From an uncultured Victivallales bacterium (GTDB taxonomy: Bacteria > Verrucomicrobiota > Kiritimatiellia > UBA8416 > CAYOBW01), in the NCBI GenBank assembly GCA_964402115.1, contig CAYOBW010000001.1, positions 63,645 through 104,793 on the forward strand: 41,149 nt of DNA. The letters run 5' to 3'. Made by a program: the position numbers and the translations under genes. Positions within the stretch are counted from its first letter, which is position 1; every line of letters begins with the position of its first letter. The notes under the pieces are model-generated. The model was not told the origin of the DNA. It ran no database searches and saw only the letters and a list, made by a program, of their open reading frames with translations. Of this stretch, positions 36,496 through 41,149 are shown one piece after another.

Positions 36496-39063
36496 ATGCG
36501 GCGAGCTGGATGGCGAAATGCGCTCGGGTGCCGGACTGTCCTGCTGGCGGCCTGGGGCCTGGGCGCCGCGCCGGCCGGCGCGGCGGTGCTGCGCTTCGAG
36601 GCCGAAACCTGCAGCGAACCCGCGGCGGCCTGGCAGGCCGATCGCGGCACACCCACGCACTGGAACCTGTGGAGCAAGGATACCGATGCGGCGACCAAGT
36701 GGTCGGGCGGCGTGGTCCTGCAGAGTCCCGTCGTGGCTGCCGATCGCGGCACGCCCGAGGAGGGCGCGCCGCCGCTGCACACCCGCGTCACCGGACTTTC
36801 CAACGGCGTTTACGACGTGTCCCTGCGCGTGGGGCGTACGGTCGCGGTGTCGCTGGATGGCCGCACCTGGCGCCGCTTCACGGGCGGCGTGCTGGTCGCT
36901 GAGGCCCGCATCACGAACGGCGTGTTCTCCTGCTGGGTGGACGACGCCTGCGCGCACACGGGCAATCCCGGTCACGCCTACTACGACTACATCGAGTTCA
37001 CGACCGTGCCAGTCGTCGTCCCCAAGCCGCGGGTGGCAGGGGGGGCGCGGGAACGCGTGGTCGAGAAGCTGGACCGCGGGCTCGTCGCCTACCCGTCCGC
37101 CGCCGGCGTCTACGTCGGCTGGCGGCTGCTCGCCGCGGATCCGCCTGACGTGGCTTTTCACGTCTACCGCGCGGACGGCGGGGCCGCGCCGCGGCGCCTC
37201 ACGCCGGAGCCCGTGCGCCGGACCACGGACTTCCTCGATTCGACCCCGCCGGCGGCGGGCGCGACGTCGCGGGTCTACCGCGTCCGGCGCGTGGCTGCCG
37301 CCGGGCGCGAGAGTGCGGACGAGGGGGTCGCCGCCGTGCGGGCGGACGAGCTGGCGGCTCCCGCCGAGCCCGCCGGGCGGCGGCTTGCGCTCGCCGGGGC
37401 GCACACCTTCCAGAAGTGCGGCCTCGGCGATCTCGACGGCGATGGCCGCTACGACTTCGTGCTCAAGCAGCCCCGCGAGAACATCGACCCGTACGAAAGC
37501 TACTGGCAGCGGTCGCCCGCGCCCTACACGCTCGAGGCGTACCGCCACGACGGCACGCCGCTCTGGCAGCTCAGCCTGGGCTGGGCCATCGAGCGCGGCA
37601 TCTGGTACTCGCCCTGCCTCGTGTACGACTTCGACGGCGACGGCCGCGCGGAGGTCGCGGTCAAGACCGGCGACGGCGACCCGCGCGATCCCGACGGCCG
37701 CGTGCGCGGCGGGGCAGAGTGGCTCAGCATCCGGGAGGGCGCCACCGGCCGGGAGCGGGTGCGCGTGCCCTGGCCCGACCGCACCGGCTTCGGCGAGGGG
37801 CTGCGCGGGTACAACTACGCCAGCCGCAACCAGCTCGCCGTCGCCTACCTCGACGGCCGCACGCCCTGCCTGCTGGCCTTGCGCGGCACGTACACGATCA
37901 TGAAGGTCGAGGCCTACGCCCTGCGCGGCGACACGCTGCAGCCGCTCTGGTCCTATCGCGACAGCGAAGGCGGGCGCGGCTACCACGGTCAGGGCTGCCA
38001 CTTCACGCACGCCGCCGACGTGGATGGCGATGGCCGCGACGAGGTCGTGCTGGGCAGCGCCGTGCTGGACGACAACGGCAGCCCGCTCTGGTCCACCGGC
38101 CTCGGCCATCCCGATCACTGCTACGTGGGCGATATCGCGCCCGGCCGCCCCGGGCTCGAAATCTATTACGGGATCGAGCCGGCCCGCGCCGCCGACACCA
38201 TGTGCCTCGTCGAGGCTGCCACCGGCCGGCGCCTGTGGGGGTGGAACCAGCCGACCCGGCATATCCACTCGCAGGGCCTCTGCGCCGATATCGACCCCGT
38301 TCACGCGGGCGCGGAGTGCTATGCGGCCGACTCGAACGATCACAAGCCGACCGGCGACCGCTGGCTGTGGAGCGCCGCCGGGGCGGTGCTCAGCCGCGAG
38401 GTGGACTTCAAGTTCGGCCGGCTGCCGGTGTACTGGGACGCGGACCTGCAGCGCGAGATCCTGGAGGGCGGGAATGTCGTGACCGATTACGAGGGCGGCG
38501 CCCTCACCCCCCGCCTGCGCGGCGATGCCATTCTCGCGGCAGACATCGAGGGCGACTGGCGCGAGGAGCTGATCGTCAGCGAGCAGGGGGCGCTGCGGGT
38601 ATACGCCACCACCACGCCGGCGCTGGACCGGCGCGTGACGCTGATGCAGGACCCGCTGTACCGCCTCGACGTGGCGATGAACGCCCTGGGCTACGGGCTG
38701 GCGCCGATGACCTCCTACGCGCTCGAGGCGTGCGCGCCGAACCTCAACCTCACCGCCCTCGCGCGCCAGCCCGGCGCGGTCCGTGTCGTGGTGAGCGCCC
38801 CGCTGCAGGCCCCGCTGCGGGGCGCGCTGCGCCTGGCGAGCGCCGGCGCGACCGTCGCGCCCGACACGCTGGCCGTGGATTTGGCGCCGGGCGAGCGGCT
38901 CGTGCAGACGGTCCTCGTGGCGCGCGCGTCTTCCCCGACTCCCGCCGACATCTCCGTGCGCGCCGAGTTGGCCGGTGACGCCGTCCTCCTGCGCACGGCG
39001 GTAAGCGTGCCGGGGGTTGGTCGCGCTGGAGGGGGGACGGACAGCACATCCCGCTCCCGGTAG
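36496..39063 (+). CDS. Secreted beta-propeller polysaccharide lyase, PL11 (rhamnogalacturonan endolyase YesW/YesX-like) with N-terminal CBM-like domain
   Basis: GGAGG SD then ATG 36496. Signal peptide MRRAGWRNALGCRTVLLAAWGLGAAPAGAAV. N-terminal ~170 aa beta-sandwich (LRFEAETC...YDYIEF). Ca-binding propeller blades (LGDLDGDGRYDFVLKQ, VYDFDGDGRAEVAVKTGDGD, ADVDGDGRDEVVLGS, ILAADIEGDWREELIVSEQGALRVYATT). C-terminal RVTLMQDPLYRLDVAMNALGYGLAPMTSY resembles the PL11 C-terminus, from my recollection of the family. Confidence 0.65.
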   Translation: MRRAGWRNALGCRTVLLAAWGLGAAPAGAAVLRFEAETCSEPAAAWQADRGTPTHWNLWSKDTDAATKWSGGVVLQSPVVAADRGTPEEGAPPLHTRVTGLSNGVYDVSLRVGRTVAVSLDGRTWRRFTGGVLVAEARITNGVFSCWVDDACAHTGNPGHAYYDYIEFTTVPVVVPKPRVAGGARERVVEKLDRGLVAYPSAAGVYVGWRLLAADPPDVAFHVYRADGGAAPRRLTPEPVRRTTDFLDSTPPAAGATSRVYRVRRVAAAGRESADEGVAAVRADELAAPAEPAGRRLALAGAHTFQKCGLGDLDGDGRYDFVLKQPRENIDPYESYWQRSPAPYTLEAYRHDGTPLWQLSLGWAIERGIWYSPCLVYDFDGDGRAEVAVKTGDGDPRDPDGRVRGGAEWLSIREGATGRERVRVPWPDRTGFGEGLRGYNYASRNQLAVAYLDGRTPCLLALRGTYTIMKVEAYALRGDTLQPLWSYRDSEGGRGYHGQGCHFTHAADVDGDGRDEVVLGSAVLDDNGSPLWSTGLGHPDHCYVGDIAPGRPGLEIYYGIEPARAADTMCLVEAATGRRLWGWNQPTRHIHSQGLCADIDPVHAGAECYAADSNDHKPTGDRWLWSAAGAVLSREVDFKFGRLPVYWDADLQREILEGGNVVTDYEGGALTPRLRGDAILAADIEGDWREELIVSEQGALRVYATTTPALDRRVTLMQDPLYRLDVAMNALGYGLAPMTSYALEACAPNLNLTALARQPGAVRVVVSAPLQAPLRGALRLASAGATVAPDTLAVDLAPGERLVQTVLVARASSPTPADISVRAELAGDAVLLRTAVSVPGVGRAGGGTDSTSRSR

Positions 39064-39071
39064 ATGCCCCG

Positions 39072-39123
39072 GGAAGTCACCAACTCCTGGTCGGGCCCGT
39101 GACTTCCGACGTGGACGTCCACG
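39072..39123 (+). terminator. Two hairpins immediately after the PL11-like gene stop (possible terminator/processing structure; no U-tract)
   Basis: ggaagtcac (39072-80) / gtgacttcc (39099-107) 9-bp stem, then perfect 14-bp palindrome cgtggacgtccacg (39110-39123). Confidence 0.35.
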
Positions 39124-39170
39124 GGACAGATGTTCTGAGGGAAATGATGAAGGAATGTCGGAACGAAATC

Positions 39171-39264
39171 GTCCTCGTCCTCAGTGAGCGAAGCGAACGG
39201 TCCTCGTCCTCGTACTCGAAGAAGCGGGGATCGAGGACGAGAACGAGGACGACGACGAGGACGG
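39171..39264. repeat. GAGGACGA/GTCCTC simple-repeat block forming an imperfect ~19-bp hairpin
   Basis: gtcctcgtcctcgtactcg (39200-39218) / loop aagaagcgggga / tcgaggacgagaacgaggac (39231-39250). Extra GTCCTCGTCC (39171-39180) and GACGACGAGGACGG (39251-39264) copies. Confidence 0.45.
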
Positions 39265-39311
39265 TTATCAGCGGCAGAGCTGGCGCTCGGGTGACCGACG
39301 GGTTTTGATGG

Positions 39312-39707
39312 GTGCGGAAACAAGCGCAGAACCTGCGCAGGCAGAGTACGCTCGCAAGCTCGCGCCCCTGCTACGCAACGTTGGCCAAGGAGGCGCTGGG
39401 CCACGACAGCATCAAGACCACCCTGCTCTACGGTCGTTGCATCCTGCCTGCCGCCGTCGTCAGCCCGCTGGACCGGCTCCGGCAGCGCCAGCGCGAAGCG
39501 GAGGTGCAGGCACCGGAAACGACCACGCTCACGGCCCAGGCCGAAGCGGACAAGCAACTCTTTGAGCAGCCCCTCTCAGTTCAGGCGATCGAACTACCCT
39601 TCCGTGACCCTTCGGACGACACAGCCGGCGGATTCTACCGGCTGCTCAAGACGCTCATCACCGGCCGGTTTCTGGCCTGGAGCCGCCTGATCAAACGCTC
39701 CGGTTGA
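39312..39707 (+). pseudogene. Tyrosine recombinase/integrase C-terminal remnant (truncated)
   Basis: Translation QNLRRQSTLASSRPCYATLAKEALGHDSIKTTLLYGR matches the integrase catalytic tail pattern LRH(T/S)xAS...LGHxSIxTTxxY. No upstream catalytic domain is present. It lies at the boundary where GC content falls. Confidence 0.45.
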
Positions 39708-39989
39708 ATTGGCCCGACCCCGGCAACCACGGCAAGAAGCCGACCCTCTCACCTCCGGGGTCTGCCCCGACCCCGCGTCGAACGACGTAACCAGGCAGCA
39801 AGGCCCGTAATCAGAACGCTTGTGCACGTCGCATATTGCTTGCGACCGCACCGTTGCAAGGTTACATTCCCCATAGGTTCCGGTCGGCTCCGTTGTCGCC
39901 CGGGCAAAGTAGAGCGGAAAATGGCGGCTAGCAGTATTTGCGACATCGAGCCGTCTAATACAGACGTTGTGAGATGGAGGAAAAAAAAG

Positions 39990-40391
39990 ATGATCAAGAA
40001 CTCGATGCTCAAGCTCACCTTGATGGCAATAGCACTCCTGACAATGACATCGTGTGCTACACGAAAGGTTGTCTCTATACCTGATGACCTGAACGCCGTT
40101 CTCAAGAGTATTTCGGTAGGCCAGAGCCGTTATGTAACACTCAGTGGAGAATTGAGGCCTTACAGTGGCACGTTCCCCAAAGGAAGTGGACTATCAGAGA
40201 TAGCGGTGGGGTCGAAGACTATCCTCATCCGAAATGGTGCAATCCACAAGGATCGAGAAGCTTCATATCTCAATAAGACAGTGACAGCACGGGTCAAGAT
40301 TTCGCACTTCCCGCTGCCTGACAGTAATCCGGCCTCCCAGATCGCGGGGCCTTGGATCACCGAGATCAGTGAGTTGAAATTGAAAGAGTGA
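39990..40391 (+). CDS. Small lipoprotein (133 aa), low-GC, hypothetical
   Basis: GGAGG(A)8 RBS then ATG 39990. MIKNSMLKLTLMAIALLTMTSCATRK has a lipobox (LTMTSC). About 45% GC against ~68% elsewhere. Confidence 0.55.
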   Translation: MIKNSMLKLTLMAIALLTMTSCATRKVVSIPDDLNAVLKSISVGQSRYVTLSGELRPYSGTFPKGSGLSEIAVGSKTILIRNGAIHKDREASYLNKTVTARVKISHFPLPDSNPASQIAGPWITEISELKLKE

Positions 40392-40460
40392 ACTCACAAC
40401 CATGAGGCTGGTGCGTACGGCGTACCGCCGCCGCACAGCCTACACGTTCTGCGTGAGAAG

Positions 40461-40808
40461 ATGAAGCCATTTGCGATAATGATTCTGGCAATTCTCGGCG
40501 CCTTTGGGTGTGCCCACAGCGGTGCGATTCAGATCAGCAGGCTGCAGGCGCGCTTTGATCACCTCGACTCACAGCTTCGTGCCGCCGAGGATGACCTCAT
40601 TGAGCATCATCGCAACGTCTGCGCGCCCCGTCTGCACTCAGGAGGACCGTGCATTGGGTGCCTCGCAGCGCAGAGCCCAACATGGATATCAGAGGAGAAC
40701 ACCCTTTCAAACCGCGTTTCCCGACTGGAAGTGCATGTGCGGACGGCTCACCAAGAACTTGAGAAAGCAAGAAGGGCGCAGAACCAGCCAGTCGAAGGTA
40801 CGCGCTAG
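40461..40808 (+). CDS. Small lipoprotein (115 aa), hypothetical
   Basis: MKPFAIMILAILGAFGCAHSG has a lipobox (LGAFGC). Helical charged remainder with a CxxC-like pair (CIGC). Confidence 0.45.
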   Translation: MKPFAIMILAILGAFGCAHSGAIQISRLQARFDHLDSQLRAAEDDLIEHHRNVCAPRLHSGGPCIGCLAAQSPTWISEENTLSNRVSRLEVHVRTAHQELEKARRAQNQPVEGTR

Positions 40809-40847
40809 CGCGCCCTTCACCGGCATCGTTGGCCGGGAAGATGAGAT

Positions 40848-40954
40848 CGAGTAAGTGTAACCGAGTAAGTGTGGGGACGAAGTGGAGCGATGAAGTGTGA
40901 AACTGCACTTACTCGACACACTTACTCCCACTCTTAGTCGGTTACACTTACTCC
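40848..40954. repeat. Array of five copies of a 10-bp motif GAGTAAGTGT (2 direct + 3 inverted) forming a 15-bp terminal-inverted-repeat-like pair
   Basis: cGAGTAAGTGTaacc (40848-40862) and GAGTAAGTGTgggg (40863-40876) on the left. cACTTACTCg (40907-40916), ACACTTACTCc (40918-40928) and ggttACACTTACTCc (40940-40954) on the right. The outer pair is a 14/15 inverted repeat separated by ~77 bp. Confidence 0.6.
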
Positions 40955-41149
40955 ATCCGCTTGGTCGAATTCGGAAGAAGCGTGGCTCCGGAAGAGCGCG
41001 GATCGGAAGACTGATTTGCCAGTGCAACCTTGCATCGCCGTGCGGCATGCTCAATGATCGGCGGGAAGAAGAAAGCAAGGCCAACACGCCGCGGACGGTA
41101 GCCTCGCAAGCTCGGCACCGTGACGGCGGGCGTTGGCGCCTGGGGATGA

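Noticed and set aside
36235-38343. 702-aa minus-strand ORF overlapping the PL11-like gene
   Set aside because: Shadow ORF. The plus strand has signal peptide and propeller repeats.
39171-39264. Possible CRISPR-like repeat
   Set aside because: Repeat units are ~6-8 bp, irregular and lack unique spacers, so this is not a CRISPR array. No cas genes are present.
39099-39308. 69-aa ORF (MTSDVDVHGTDV...) spanning the GAGGACGA repeat block
   Set aside because: The frame is created by simple repeats (SSSSYSKKRGSRTRTRTTTRT). More likely non-coding structured DNA.
39064-39990. tRNA gene as integration target next to the integrase remnant
   Set aside because: No tRNA-like cloverleaf elements (GTTCRAnnC T-loop, CCA context) were found by eye in the flanking non-coding DNA.
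40707-41087. 126-aa minus-strand ORF at the window end
   Set aside because: It spans the motif array and non-coding-looking DNA. No RBS or motifs, so there is insufficient support.

Overview
This window is high-GC (roughly 65-70%) bacterial chromosomal DNA. Sulfatase richness, giant surface proteins and a Tat-exported sugar isomerase make it look like a Planctomycetota/Verrucomicrobiota/Kiritimatiellota-type genome. The window is dominated by one intact 14 kb gene (1518..15548, +) encoding a 4676-aa Sec-secreted protein. Its N-terminal part is an adhesin-like array: FN3, FG-GAP/VCBS propeller, at least 8 PKD domains, ConA-like, alpha/alpha-toroid, and about 10 cadherin-like 'putative Ig' modules. 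Its C-terminal part is a complete Rhs/YD-repeat shell with the Rhs core motif (YYDPRTGRF...DPSGRF), followed by a ~180-aa C-terminal extension of unrecognisable function. No immunity-like ORF follows it. The rest of the window is a glycan-degradation cluster: three formylglycine-type sulfatases (one with PA14+cadherin-like+LamG+dockerin-like C-terminal domains, one with a non-canonical C-S-V-S-R active-site motif), a GH51-like alpha-L-arabinofuranosidase carrying an inserted DUF1080-like domain, a PL11-like beta-propeller rhamnogalacturonan lyase, and a Tat-signal sugar-phosphate isomerase/epimerase. Housekeeping operons follow: an RRM RNA-binding protein with a textbook terminator, an nfeD-flotillin-TlpA(thioredoxin) operon, a cutA-metX::metW(fusion)-cysE operon, and an orphan GAF/PAS HisKA_3 sensor kinase. 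The 3' end of the window (about 39.1-41.1 kb) drops to roughly 45-55% GC and carries a tyrosine-integrase C-terminal remnant, two small lipoprotein genes and a five-copy 10-bp motif array in inverted orientation; I read this as a degraded integrated element. Many long antisense 'ORFs' in the track are GC-driven shadow frames and were rejected.
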